A stretch of DNA of 64,000 nt from Podarcis gaigeae (taxonomy: Eukaryota): NCBI GenBank assembly GCA_964106915.2, contig OZ066927.1; one strand, 5' to 3'. The notes under the pieces are model-generated. The model worked only from the letters and a program-made list of their open reading frames with translations, searched no databases and had not been told where the DNA came from. A program made the translations under genes and the position numbers. Each line of letters begins with the position of its first letter. The first letter of the stretch is position 1. Positions 24,635 to 35,864 of the stretch are shown here, in pieces.

Positions 24635-24830
24635 CCAACGCGCGCTTCCCTCCTCCGCCTCCTGAGGCACGTTCCTGCGCTGACCTCTCCGCCGAACTTG
24701 ACTTCAAGGAACTGCTCTACGCCCGCCTCCGCCCACCAAGCACAAGCCATGCCCGTTCTAGCAGGCGATTGGCTGCGGCGCTGCTCTCGCCCGCCTTTCC
24801 TGGGCCATTCCGAACTATCCGGCAGAAGAG
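24635..24830 (+). promoter_or_regulatory. CpG-rich TATA-less promoter, likely of LYSMD4
   Basis: The only non-repeat, non-coding CpG-dense segment upstream of LYSMD4. GC boxes (CCCGCCTCCGCCC, 24722-24734) and an inverted CCAAT (ATTGG, 24768-24772). Confidence 0.65.
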
Positions 24831-24928
24831 GGAGCCCACAGCATGTTCGGGTGAGGCCAAGCAGCTGGGGCGAGAGGAAGGAAGGAAGAGGGGCAGCTGG
24901 GAACCAGGTCGCCTGCAAATAAAAGCAG
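24790..24928 (+). other. LYSMD4: Putative non-coding exon 1 of LYSMD4 (start approximate)
   Basis: Donor-like CAG|GTAGGG at 24928/24929, with an alternative CGG|GTGAGG at 24850/24851. Exon 2 has an acceptor only 15 nt before the ATG, so an upstream exon is required. Confidence 0.5.
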
Positions 24929-25304
24929 GTAGGGCTGAATGGTGGTTGGCGGGGATGGGAGTATTAGATCAGGAGCAGCTGATCTAGAAGGGACACCCTT
25001 TAACCTGGGAGTTCTGGGTTCCCCTTCAACTGGGGGGCTCCTCTGTTCTTTGTAAGGGCTGCAATTCTAAACCCCACACTTTCCTGGCAGTAAGCCCCAT
25101 TTAATTGAGTGGTACTTGCCTCTGAGTAGACCAGGCTTTGCTTTTGGAGGCCTTTGGCTCGTAATACTAAAAACCCACTTTCCTTGGGAGTAAGCCTCAT
25201 TAATTCACTAGGACTTGCCTCTGAGTAGATCTGGCCAGGATCACGCTACAAGTGTTTCCTTTTATTGCTTGGGAGTGTGGGCAGAGAAGAGAATTTGCCT
25301 GGGT

Positions 25305-25308
<4 letters not shown>

Positions 25309-25337
<29 letters not shown>
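25309..25337. repeat. (AC)n microsatellite
   Basis: Directly visible tandem AC. Confidence 0.9.
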
Positions 25338-25342
<5 letters not shown>

Positions 25343-26084
25343 CCATTGCAATAAACAAATCCTGTGTAGGAATCTTTGCTCTTTACTCCAGGGGCTTAGA
25401 AAGGGAGCCAGGGGTGTGTTGATGTGAAGAGTGTTTTTTTTTTCTTTTTTACTTGTATGGCTTTCTTTGAGGTGTGCAGGTAGGACTCCTCTACCCCATA
25501 CTCAGACGAGGCAGAGGATGACTGAGGCATTGAAATTCAGGACTGCAGCACTTAAGACTTCCGGGGTGGAGGATGTGTGTGTGTCATAGTTTGGGATGCT
25601 AACTAAAGCTTTGTTTGTGCATCTAGTAAACTAGCCCAGTAGGTTTGGGGGGGCGGGGACCTGTTGCCCTTTTGTGCTAGTTAACTAATTGAAGGGATAT
25701 GGTTTTGCTTTTAAGCACATCCTGGAGTCTGTATAATACAGTCCACATTTATTCAGGCTGTTTACTGCCTAATGTGTGGAGCTGCTATGGATGTGGTGCC
25801 CTCAGTGTGGGCCTTTCAAACAGAGACTCAGCAAAAAGAGCATGAGGGCTCCCAAAGAGGGCAGGGCCAGCTTACTTCAAGCTGTGCTGACACACATTAC
25901 CATCTAAAGGCTGTTTGTGTGCCAAATTGAGTCCAGAGTCCAAAATTGCACAACTATTTTCTACCAGGATACTTCTTTTGATCTGGTTGGAGGGTAATGG
26001 GGAATGCAGGTAGCTTTAATTGGTCCCCTTTCTCTCCCCCCGCCCTCCAGTTTAGGGCAATGTTTTTGTTAAAGCAACACCTAC

Positions 26085-26510
26085 CTCCTCCTCTTCTTCG
26101 GTGATCACTTGTAGCTGAGTAAGATTGTCTTCCATAAACATGGTTTTAACAGTGAGTCCGTAAGACACTGTGGAGGCCAATTCTGGTTCCACATCCTTCC
26201 ACAGCTGGGGCATAGGTTTCTGAGCGGGAGTTGATCACGGTGTGGATTTGCCAGTTGTGCCTTCCTCTTGGTGCTTTTCTCCCTTTCATCCTGAGTTCAA
26301 GTGTCTTCAAAACCCATGACACCTTTGGTAAAGGCTGTCGTCCAATTGGAGCGCTTGCAGGCCAGTGTTTCCCAGTTGTCGGTGTTTATACTACATTTTT
26401 TTTTTTTTGCCTTGAGAGAGTCTTTGATCCTCTTTTGCTGATCACCAGCATTACGCTTTCTATTTTTAAGTTCAGAATAGAATAGTTGATTTGGGAGACG
26501 ATAATCAGGT
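26085..26510 (-). mobile_element. RTE-clade LINE 3' fragment in LYSMD4 intron 1
   Basis: Minus-strand translation PDYRLPNQLFYSELKNRKRNAGDQQKRIKDSLKA...SINTDNWETLACKRSNW matches the RTE ORF C-terminus (RLPK.LFY.EL..G.R..GGQ.KR.KD.LK). (GAA/GAG)n tail at ~26085-26099. Confidence 0.88.
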
Positions 26511-28108
26511 AGGTTAGGGCACAAATATGATACGCCGCCAAAACAATAGAAAGTTGAACAGCGATGTCCCCTTATCTGGCATCATTCTCCTGCTGTACAG
26601 AGGAGAAGGCCTTGAGGGGCCTGAGAAGGAAATCCTATGCTGATGAGAGTGAAGGTGCGTTCATGCTACTTGAGAGCCTGTTGGAGGCAGCATCTGTTTC
26701 TCCTCTCTGTTGGAAATCCATCCTTGGACTTAAAGAAGAAAGACTACTGGGTGGGGGGGGGGCAGAGTCTATGGCCCAGTCATGATTATTTATCAAGGGA
26801 TGGGATAGCTGAAGGTCCAAAGCGATTTTGAAGGGGCCACTCTGAGCCTTCCCCAACACAATTTGCCAGTGGACAAGTCATCAAAGCAAGCCAGGCTGTC
26901 CTGGGACATAAAGTGTTCTGAAACAGGGCGTGTAAGTTTTCAAAAGATCTTTAGCCTTGGAAGGCAGAGAGTCACTCCTGTCATGGGGACCTCTGAGCAC
27001 CTGGAAGGTATGTTCAACCTTTGCTTTGGGGATGGGCTCAGCGATAAAACCAAAGGACCCAGGTTCAATCCCCAGTGTCCTCCTGTTTGAAATGCTGGAG
27101 TGCTGTTGTCAGCTGCTGCAGACCAGGGGTAGCCAATCGGGTGTCTTCTAAATGTTGCTGGATTACAACCCACATCTTCCCTGTTGCCCATGGTGGCAGG
27201 GGCCAGTTGGAATTGGAGTCCAACAAGGTCTGGAGGGCAGCACATTGGCTATGTCTGGTGTAGACAGTACTAAGCTATGCAGGCCAATCGTAGAAGGCTG
27301 TTTCAGTGTTCATCATTCTATGTTCTCAGAAGCTCAGGGAGGGATGGCTGGGGAAGGGCTTTGTCTGTGGCAGTTGTGGAACTCCTCCCCCCCACCCCCA
27401 GCGGTACATCTGGCACCTTGATTATCCTGATTTGACAAATTCTGAAGACACAGCTCTTTACTCTGGCATTGGACACTTGAGGTGTATATTTTTAGCACCC
27501 ACTTTATTTCTGTAAGTTGTTTTAAACAGTTTTTAACACTGTGTTTTAACTGTTGTTACCCACCCTGGGACATTAGAGTAAAGATAATGATAGTGATGAT
27601 AGTTTATAAATATGTACAATGAGATAATATGTATTTAAATACAAAAAAAAAATTGCAGGTTTTCCCCCCCTTAATCCAGATTGTTCTGACCATTTTCTGA
27701 AGCAGATTTGTGGATGAACTAAATGCAGAACAGATATGGAATAGACCAGACATAGGTTGATTCCTCCATCCCTTCTCATAACCCTGTATGCAGCGCAGGA
27801 AGCCACAGAAATAGCCAAAGGGAAAAGTGTTTTTTGAGGTTTCAGTATTAAAGATGATAAAAAGAAAGAAGGTTGTCAGAGTATGAGTCACAGCAAAATC
27901 TAAAGGATGGGCATGGTCTGAGTCCCTGTCCTAGAGCTTACTTAGCATAATGAGTAATCTGAACCTTTCTGCCATGGCTGCTGAGCTAAGCTTCATCTGT
28001 GGCATCCCAGATTCCCAACTGTTGTTAAGGTATATTGTTCATTTTATGATCATTAAAAAAATAAAAATCCAAATGCTTTGTGTTGTGTTGCAGAGGTTTT
28101 TGTAAAGC

Positions 28109-28384
28109 ATGAGGCTGAGTGAGGCACTGACTCAGCCCTTCCAGGCTCCTGCCAGCATCCGAAAGTTCTCAAGCAGCCAAGTTTACCTGTTCAGAAGCAG
28201 GCCTTCAGATTCGGATGACTCCTCGTCAGAGGAGGAACTGGACGTCATGGAATTGCGAGCGAGAGGGAAGGAGCAACGGAGGCGCAAGGCTGCCGCAGAG
28301 AAAGTTGGGGATGTGGTTCTGCTGGAACGCCAAGTTAGCAAAGACGACAATCTGAACAAATTGGCACTGCAGTATGGATGCAAA
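28109..28384 (+). CDS. LYSMD4: LYSMD4 coding exon 1 (N-terminus and first half of LysM domain)
   Basis: Acceptor tgttgcag ends at 28093; ATG 28109; MRLSEALTQPFQAP...SSSEEELDVMELRARG...DDNLNKLALQYGCK; donor AAA|gtaaga, phase 0. Confidence 0.95.
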
Positions 28385-29278
28385 GTAAGAAGCAGCAATT
28401 GATGACATCAGTGGTGGGGTTTTTGTTTTGTTTTTACATTTCTGGCTCAGAGCCTTGCAAGGCCAAGGAAGAGCATTCTGTTCTGTTCCATTGACAGGCA
28501 AGACGGGGGAAGGCATCTCCTACCCAAGGGCAGCCTTGGACAACCAAGTCAAGCTGGGAGTTTCCAGGCTTGCATGCCAATCATTTTGTTGTTTGGGTGG
28601 CAGAGGAGACTGTTCAGCTGTTGTAACTCACCCGGTAAAAATAGCTGGGTGAAACATCTTTGAAGTTGGAACGAGAGTGTCAGCTGGAAACAAAGGTAGC
28701 CAGTTATGGATTTCTGAATTCTGCGTACTTGGGGGAAATAGTAGCTCAGTGGCAGAGCACCTGATTTTCATATAGAAAGCCTCAGGTTCAGTCCCCAGCA
28801 TTTCCAGGTAGGCTTGTGGAGCTGCAACCAGGCAGGGTGGCCATTTCCGAGCTAGATGGACCAATGGTCTGACTAGGCAGACAGCAGCTTCCTATGTACT
28901 TGGGTTTGCAGGAGAGGATGTTTCCCCCTGTCCCATCAGCAGCATATGATGCTGCCTTTTAGCAAATCTGACCATTTGCCCAGCCTCAAGGAACTCAAGG
29001 CTACATCCCTCAGAAACTCCTCAGCTCCCAACATCTCTGTCCATTGGCCATGCTTGCAGGGGCTGATGGGAGTTGTAGTTCAGCAACACCTGGCGGGCCA
29101 AACGTTCCCCACACCTGTTCTAAATGGAGATCATTATCCCAGCTGGTCACTGCATTGGATCTGAACTGATTTTGTATGTGTACGGCTATTGTCTTAAACT
29201 GCTTCTGCTATGTATGTGTTTTAAAAATTGTTTCTATATATGCAGTTGTTTTTATATATGAAACTTTTTCATATATGC

Positions 29279-29414
29279 CAGTGTGGGCCAAACTTGGGTC
29301 TCCAGCTGGTTTTGGACTACAACCCCCATCATCCCTAGCTAACAGGACCAGTGGTCAGGGATTACGGGAACTGTAGTCCCCAAACAGCTAGAGACCCAAG
29401 TCTGGACAACACTG
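29279..29414. mobile_element. hAT MITE in LYSMD4 intron 2
   Basis: CAGTGT...ACACTG termini; exact 8-bp TSD ATATATGC at 29271-29278 and 29415-29422. Confidence 0.88.
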
Positions 29415-29573
29415 ATATATGCATTTACTATATTATTGCACATTGTTTTAGGTGTCCCCTTAGAAGCGATTCATGAAGTAAATTATTGCATTAGAAGGAG
29501 CTGTTTATATACAATGAAAAAAGAGCTCGATAACTGACTTCACACCCCATCTCCCCTTTCTGAATTCTCTTAG

Positions 29574-30158
29574 GTTGCAGATATCAAGCGGGTCAACAAC
29601 TTCATCCAGGAGCAAGACTTGTATGCGCTAAAATCCATCAGGATTCCAGTCAAGGTCAATGGCATGTTAACAGAGACCCAGGAAGGGTTGCTGCCTGCCC
29701 AGGGAGCTGGTCTGTTGTTGCCTGCTGAACCGTCTGGGTCCAAAGAGGGAGACGGCAGCTCCGAAGACACCGAGCAAATCGATCAGTATTTCAGAGGGAT
29801 TGACCAGGACATTGAGAAAGCAACTCTGCTCGGTGTCTCCCCAAGCACAGACTATTGCATTGAAACACCAAACTGGTCACCTTCAGGGAGGAAGGAAATC
29901 GGTGCTGGAGCAGACTGTGGGATCCAGTGGTGGAATGCAGTTTTCATTATGCTCCTCGTAGGAATAATTTTGCCAGTGTTTTATATTGTCTATTTTAAAA
30001 CCCAGCAGCTCGAAGTGACTACTACCTCCAACACAACTCTTCCTGTGAACAACACTGGTGGGTCAGTGAGGGGGACACCTGTCCTCCATGTGCTTAAAGA
30101 ACCTCTGCCCACTATCCAAACCCACAGAGGAGGAGACTTCCTTCCGTCAGGAGGATGA
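29574..30158 (+). CDS. LYSMD4: LYSMD4 coding exon 2 (rest of LysM domain, transmembrane helix, C-terminus); 286 aa in total
   Basis: Acceptor ttctcttag ends at 29573. VADIKRVNNFIQEQDLYALKSIRIPVK completes the LysM domain, and GADCGIQWWNAVFIMLLVGIILPVFYIVYFK is the LYSMD3/4-type TM segment. Stop TGA ends at 30158. Synteny with MEF2A and ADAMTS17 identifies it as LYSMD4. Confidence 0.96.
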   Translation, partial: VADIKRVNNFIQEQDLYALKSIRIPVKVNGMLTETQEGLLPAQGAGLLLPAEPSGSKEGDGSSEDTEQIDQYFRGIDQDIEKATLLGVSPSTDYCIETPNWSPSGRKEIGAGADCGIQWWNAVFIMLLVGIILPVFYIVYFKTQQLEVTTTSNTTLPVNNTGGSVRGTPVLHVLKEPLPTIQTHRGGDFLPSGG

Positions 30159-30549
30159 CTCTGTCTGTTACCCCACCCCACCCCTCAAAAAGTGGAGAAA
30201 AGTCTCTTTGCTTTGAAATAATGTTCTGGGATGAGCCAACAACAGATCAGTTGCTTCCTAAGTTGATAGGAGCTCAACTTGAAAATGAGATCAAGGAAGA
30301 CCAGGACAGAGCAAGACATGGACAGTGGCTGGTCAGTCACAAAGGGAATGGTGGGATGGCTCACTTTTAAAAAGCAAAAGGGGGTGCAAGCGAGGGTGCA
30401 GAACCTGAACCCTCTTGTAGGTTGTGTGCTCCCCAGTACCAGTCTTCAGCCAGATATCAGAAACAGACTCAGCTGGGGGAAAGGCACTTAGGGAGAAGGT
30501 TCTGCACTCCTCCCCTGTGCACCCTTTTTGCTCTAAAAATTTTGGCCAC

Positions 30550-30845
30550 ATTTGCACCTTACATTCTACAGTCGGGGCTTCCCCCAAGGCATCCTGGGAG
30601 CTGTAGTTTGTTAAGGGTGCTGAGAGTTGTTAGACCACCATGATTCCCTTCAAAGAGCTACAATTCTGAGAGTTCACTGGCAAGAGCCATTGAATCTGAA
30701 GCCAGCCTGAGAATGGTAGCTCTGTGAGGGGAATTGCAGGTGGTGTCTCTTAACAACTCTCATCATCCTTGACAAAATTACAGCTCCCAGGTTGCTTTGG
30801 AGGCTTGTTAAAGTGGTATGACAGCACTTTAAGGTGGAGATGTGA
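30550..30845. mobile_element. Long palindromic non-autonomous DNA element in the LYSMD4 3'UTR
   Basis: Arms ~30582-30672 and ~30703-30802 are imperfect reverse complements (cctgggagctgtagtttgttaagggtgctgagagttgtt / aacaactctcatcatccttgacaaaattacagctcccagg). Confidence 0.7.
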
Positions 30846-31040
30846 TCATATCCCCCCTTGTGTTATTGGGGGCAAATCTCATTTTATGCTTGCTGCCTCT
30901 TTAAAGACTCTGGTCTTTCTGAGGAAACAGGCCTAGCCTATCACCTGGACTATATAGATATATATTTAAATTAACTGCCAGTTTATTAAAAGTCATCTTG
31001 TCTTAAATGGCAGGAGCAGCTCCAGTCTTCCTTTGCATAC

Positions 31041-31046
31041 AATAAA
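31041..31046 (+). terminator. Candidate LYSMD4 polyadenylation signal
   Basis: First AATAAA I can see after the stop codon, about 880 nt downstream. Confidence 0.65.
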
Positions 31047-31116
31047 GCTTTCTTTGCATATACACTTCTGCTAAAAAAGGAGAGAAGAACCTAGTCGTCA
31101 TCTCAAGCTTGGTTTA

Positions 31117-31472
31117 AAGGTAAAGGTAAAGGGACCCCTGACCATTAGGTCCAGTCGTGACCGACTCTGGGGTTGCGGCGCTCATCTCGCTTTATTGGCC
31201 GAGGGAGCCGGCGTACAGCTTCCGGGTCATGTGCCCAGCATGACTAAGCCGCTTCTGGCGAACCAGAGCAGCACACACAAATGCTGTTTACCTTTCCACT
31301 GGAGCGGTACCTATTTATCTACCTGCACTCTGACGTGCTTTCGAACTGCTAGGTTGGCAGGAGCAGGGATCGAGCAACGGGAGCTCACCCCGTCGCAGGG
31401 ATTCAAACAGCCGACCTTCTGATTGGCAAGTCCTAGGCTCCATGGTTTAACCCACAGCGCCACCTGCGTCCC
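31117..31472 (-). mobile_element. Sauria SINE, full length and young
   Basis: 14-bp TSD TCAAGCTTGGTTTA at 31103-31116 and 31473-31486; intact head and (TTTACC)n tail. Confidence 0.95.
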
Positions 31473-31869
31473 TCAAGCTTGGTTTACACATACACAAATA
31501 CGTGGGAGATACAAGGTTTAAGATTTCTATTTTACTTGCATCGCCTCCTCTTTCTGCAATGAGCTCAGGGTGGTGTTGCTGGTGATCTTCATCCTCTCTT
31601 CTCCCCATTCCACACCCTCTCCACCATCACTGCTTAGGGAAGGGCTGTAGCTCAGCGATAAAGAGCCTCTGCTTTGCCTGAAGAAGGTGCCTGGTTCAGT
31701 CTCTAAGTAGGGCTGTGAAAATTTGCCTGAAGAACCACGGCCAGTCTGTGAATAGCACTGAACAAGATGGACCAATCGTCTGATGCACTGTGTCCTCTCT
31801 GACGAGGCTGTTGTAGCCACAGCTGAATAACGGCTGTTCCTTTTAAGACGGATGCAAAGGTTAAAGGGG

Positions 31870-32085
31870 AGAGCCAGTGGATTGGAGTGGTTAGTGTGTT
31901 GGACTAGGACCTGGCAGACCAGGGTTGAAATTCTTGCTCAGCCACGAAGTTCCCTGGGTGACCTTGAGCCAGCCACTGCCTCTCAGCCTGAGCCTACCCT
32001 ATGTAAAAGTCTATGAGAGTAAAACAGGGAGGAAGAGAATATAGGCCACCTTGAGAGCTCTTTGGAGAAAAGGTGGGGTATACAA
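31870..32085 (+). mobile_element. Squam3-like SINE
   Basis: tRNA-like head (gtggttagtgtgttggactaggacctgg...gggttgaaatt) followed by ctgggtgaccttgagccag core and tail. Confidence 0.65.
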
Positions 32086-33815
32086 GGCAGGCAAGGAGCC
32101 GTATGTGGGCACTCCTGCCCCATTTTTCTCATAGCAAGCACCAGGGTTAAGACCCCAAGCCCAGTGGAAGGGGGTTCTCCTCCCTCCTGAATACAGATGG
32201 CGGAGACTCCTCCCATTTTCACATTGGCTCCATGTGCAAGTTTGACTTCAGCGCCTTCAGCCGTATGTTTCTATCCATTGCTCCCAGAGGTCCTTCTGGT
32301 AAGATGGCAAACACAAAAGGCAGAAAAGAAAATTATTTCTTCAAGGCTGCCTTTCCCGAACTAGCAGGTGTGGCCATAACCAATGTGGAGCCCTCTAGCT
32401 GCTTGCTTATTTATTGTTAGATTTAAACATCACCTTTTCTCCAGGGAGCTTAGGGTGGCATAAAGAGCGGTCCTGCTTTCCATTTCATCCTCACACCAAG
32501 AATGGGAGGTAGGCTAGGCCTAGAGGCAGTGACTAGCTAAGAGAGAGCAAGTGGCCCATTGCCTTACTGGACTCAATTCCCATCATCCCCAACAACTGGC
32601 TGTGGGACTTATAGTCCCAACAAGAGATGGAAGGACATCATGTTGGCTATCCCTAAAGCCATTTAAAATGGCTCTCACAGTGGAACTGTTCTCTCCCCAA
32701 CCCCCTGTGTAGCCACTGTATATTGTGGTGTTCTTTTTGTACATGATGCACTGGGAGAGCACTGCCCTGAAAAGCAGTTTTATAGATGCTTTGAATCACT
32801 ATAACTGAGCAAACAGCATTGTAGCCCAAAATAGTTGCCTGCCTGTTCCTGTGGCTGATCAGGGCCTCTTCAGACCAACAAAAGCTATTACCACCTAGGC
32901 TTTCTTTACTTCTCTCCATAAAGCATTAATTTGGGAGTGGGGCAGGAGGCACATGCGAGCGCGCACACACACACACACACTTTAATCACTCCCAAAGTCT
33001 TCCATGCCCATGGAAACTGGCAAAAGCTCATCGTAATGGAAAACAGGCTAAATCTGTTTCAGCTGCAGATCTTTCAGACAGCAAAACACGACATTCCCTA
33101 AATGTTCGGGCCAGAGCACAAAGTATTAATTTCCATTCCACCTCTCTCGCAGCAAACCTGACAACGCAGTTACAACAAAGAGGAATTTGGTCCAGAACAG
33201 TATGGCAGAGCGGAAGGTGAGGACTGTGTTCAGAAAACTCTGCAAGAAGCCCCCTTTTTATTCTGTGATATCAATCAAATAGCTATAAAGAAAAACAAAC
33301 AAGACTTTTAAGATAGGAAATCCAGAGCAGTGACCTTTAAAAATACTTGCATGGAGTTTCTCATGTTGGCTAGACACATGTCAATCCCAGCCAAGGATCA
33401 GGCATGACTCACCAAGCTTCTCTGTCTTGCAATGTCTGTTGTTTTTTCAAGGGGTTCAGCAATAGAGTCTGGACTCGGCACAGCTCCATACAGAAAAAAG
33501 AGAATACACTAATGGCTGCAGAAATCAGCTTCCTGACAATCTCAGCTTTCATTTTAAAAAGCTTCTAGTCTTTGTAGCAATAATTTATTATTATTATTAT
33601 ATTATTATTATTTATACCCCACCCATCTGGCTGGGTTTTCCCCAGCCACTCTGGTTGGCTTAGGATTCCTCGCAAGAAAAGGGAAAAGTTGACAGCTATG
33701 GATCCATCACTTCTCTCATGATTCCTGCCACCCATGTTGCTCTGTACTATAAAATAACAGCTGTAACAATATGTTAAAGCTAAGTAAAAATGTATCAGTT
33801 TTAGACTCCTAAGTA

Positions 33816-34024
33816 CAGTGATACCTCGGGTTAAGTACTTAATTCGTTCCGGAGGTCCGTTCTTAACCTGAAACTGTTCTTAACCTGAAGCACCACTTTA
33901 GCTAATGGGGCCTCCCGCTGCACGATTTCTGTTCTCACCCTGAAGCAAAGTTCTTAACCTGAGGTAATATTTCTGGGTTAGCGGAGTCTGTAACCTGAAG
34001 CGTATGTAACCCAAGGTACCACTG
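33816..34024. mobile_element. Tigger-like MITE
   Basis: TA|CAGTGATACCTCGGGTTA ... TAACCCAAGGTACCACTG|TA. Confidence 0.9.
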
Positions 34025-35858
34025 TAGTAGCAGCTGCCTGGACGTTTCCCCATTGGCCTCTACATAGTTCCATCCTTATTTCAGACAGCAGTATATCGCA
34101 ATGTTTAGCTGGTGACATATCACAATGTTGAAAACCAGACATTGCTCAGCCCATCAAGTGACCACTGACTATAGCCTAAGACAGGAATAGCCAATGTGTT
34201 ACCCTCCATATGTTGTTGGGCTACAATTCCCACCAGCTTCTGAATACCAGTGGGTGGGGATTTCAAGTGGGGGTTGCACTCTGGTCCTGCTTATGGGTTT
34301 CCCATAGGCATCTGCTTGGCCGCTGTGAGAATAGGATGCTAGACTAGATGGGCTTCTTATGTTCTTAAATACTATGTTCAAAGTTAGCACAATTGGATTT
34401 ATGTCAGTTTTAATACAATAATTTTATGGTCTCTGGCAGAGAACTTGGGTTTGGTTTTTGCTTTGTTTTGTTTTTTGAAAGAACATTTAGTATACAAAAG
34501 TGGAGGATACTTCCTACTGGAAAAGTTATGCCTGATGCTTCCTTGTTTCCTACTCACAGGAGCCACAAATCTTGTAAATAATTTTAAGTGCTTTGTTCCA
34601 GCTCTATTCAGGATCTTAGAACTTTATTAGTTAACACAAAGTTGCACAAAAATCAGGTTTAGGTGGCAAAAAAAAAAAGAGTCAACATACAAGCATTTGT
34701 GTGAGCTAAGAAAAACAACAGTGAATTGATTTTAAGCATCTGTAGCTACACTCTTGAATATTTTTAGCCCAAGGAACTCAACAAATTTTCTGGAGCCACT
34801 AATAAATCCAGCCTACTCTTCATGCCAGGAAGTAAAGCTAACACGTAGGTGAAGGTGAGAGCAAGAATCAGCTTTTCTAAAAAGGTATGATTCAGTCCAA
34901 ATAAACCCAAGTCATTTTCAGTGGTGAAGTTTAAAACTAGGCCAGCAGAAAGCATCTTTCGCCACCTACTGAATAACAGAGGCACTGATGAACAAATGGA
35001 CACAGGAAGGGTGTGTCTATTAGTTCATGCAGGTGTAGTCTACCGCATGTTCCAGATAAAAACAGGCTTATTTTTATGTCATTCAAGTAGGCCCCACCAT
35101 GTCTGCGTAACATGCTAAAAGGTTTTTTTAAGGAAAAAAAAGTTGGGGAGAAATTGAGTGACAACACAAGGAAGACTGCTTGCCTTTGTAAATATTTGCT
35201 CTTCTATACAACTACTTAAAAGCAAAGGGGGAGGGGGAGTAGCCAAAATTCTCTGCACAGGCAACTGATTTATTTATTTTTTTAATCTAGGCATCTGGGC
35301 AGAAAGAGAAAAAGGGGATAAGTGTGAACCTTGCAAACAAATGTTGAATACCAGGATTAAAAGCTAGTCATGCATTTGGGGGAAAAAAGGTGAAAGAAGC
35401 AGAGAATCCAAGGAGCTCCAGATGTTGGACCACCAACTCCCATCAGTCCCAGCCAGCATGGCCAATGGTTAGGGGATGATGGAAACTACAGTACAACAAC
35501 ATCTAGAGGGCCACTCCTCTTTAAACAGTGAAGTTTAAGCCAGAAGGAAACACTTTTTATTCCATCTTGTTTTACCTGGCTCACAACTGGAATGCAGGGT
35601 GGGATATACCTTCAAATATATGCAAGTGCTTCATTTGTACCTGTAAGCCTGGATCTTTACAGGCAAGGAAACAGGACCAAATCCAAGTTTAGGTGCTGAC
35701 GGAGGGGAAAAGATTTGAGAGCTTCAGTTTAAATATGAGAGAGAGTCCGATATACACAGTAAAAGCCAGTATTTTTACTTTAGTGAATGCAAGATACAAA
35801 TATTTTACAACAACTTCTAGCATTTTCTTAACCATTTGATAAAAAGTTCACTAGAATA

Positions 35859-35864
35859 TTTATT
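35859..35864 (-). terminator. MEF2A distal polyadenylation signal
   Basis: Sense strand ...ttcttcattatacAATAAAtattctagtgaacttttta. The preceding block (35860-36500) resembles the end of the mammalian MEF2A mRNA as I recall it. Confidence 0.7.

Noticed and set aside
25055-25240. Two ~100-bp direct repeats in LYSMD4 intron 1
   Set aside because: They are diverged copies of a common squamate interspersed repeat (related pieces near 9210-9335 and 39825-39940), not a spacer array.
26523-27007. Coding-looking stretch in LYSMD4 intron 1 (minus frame ending ...GDIAVQLSIVLAAYHIC, vaguely like a GPCR TM6)
   Set aside because: Multiple in-frame stops, no TM7/NPxxY continuation, and no recognisable homologue.
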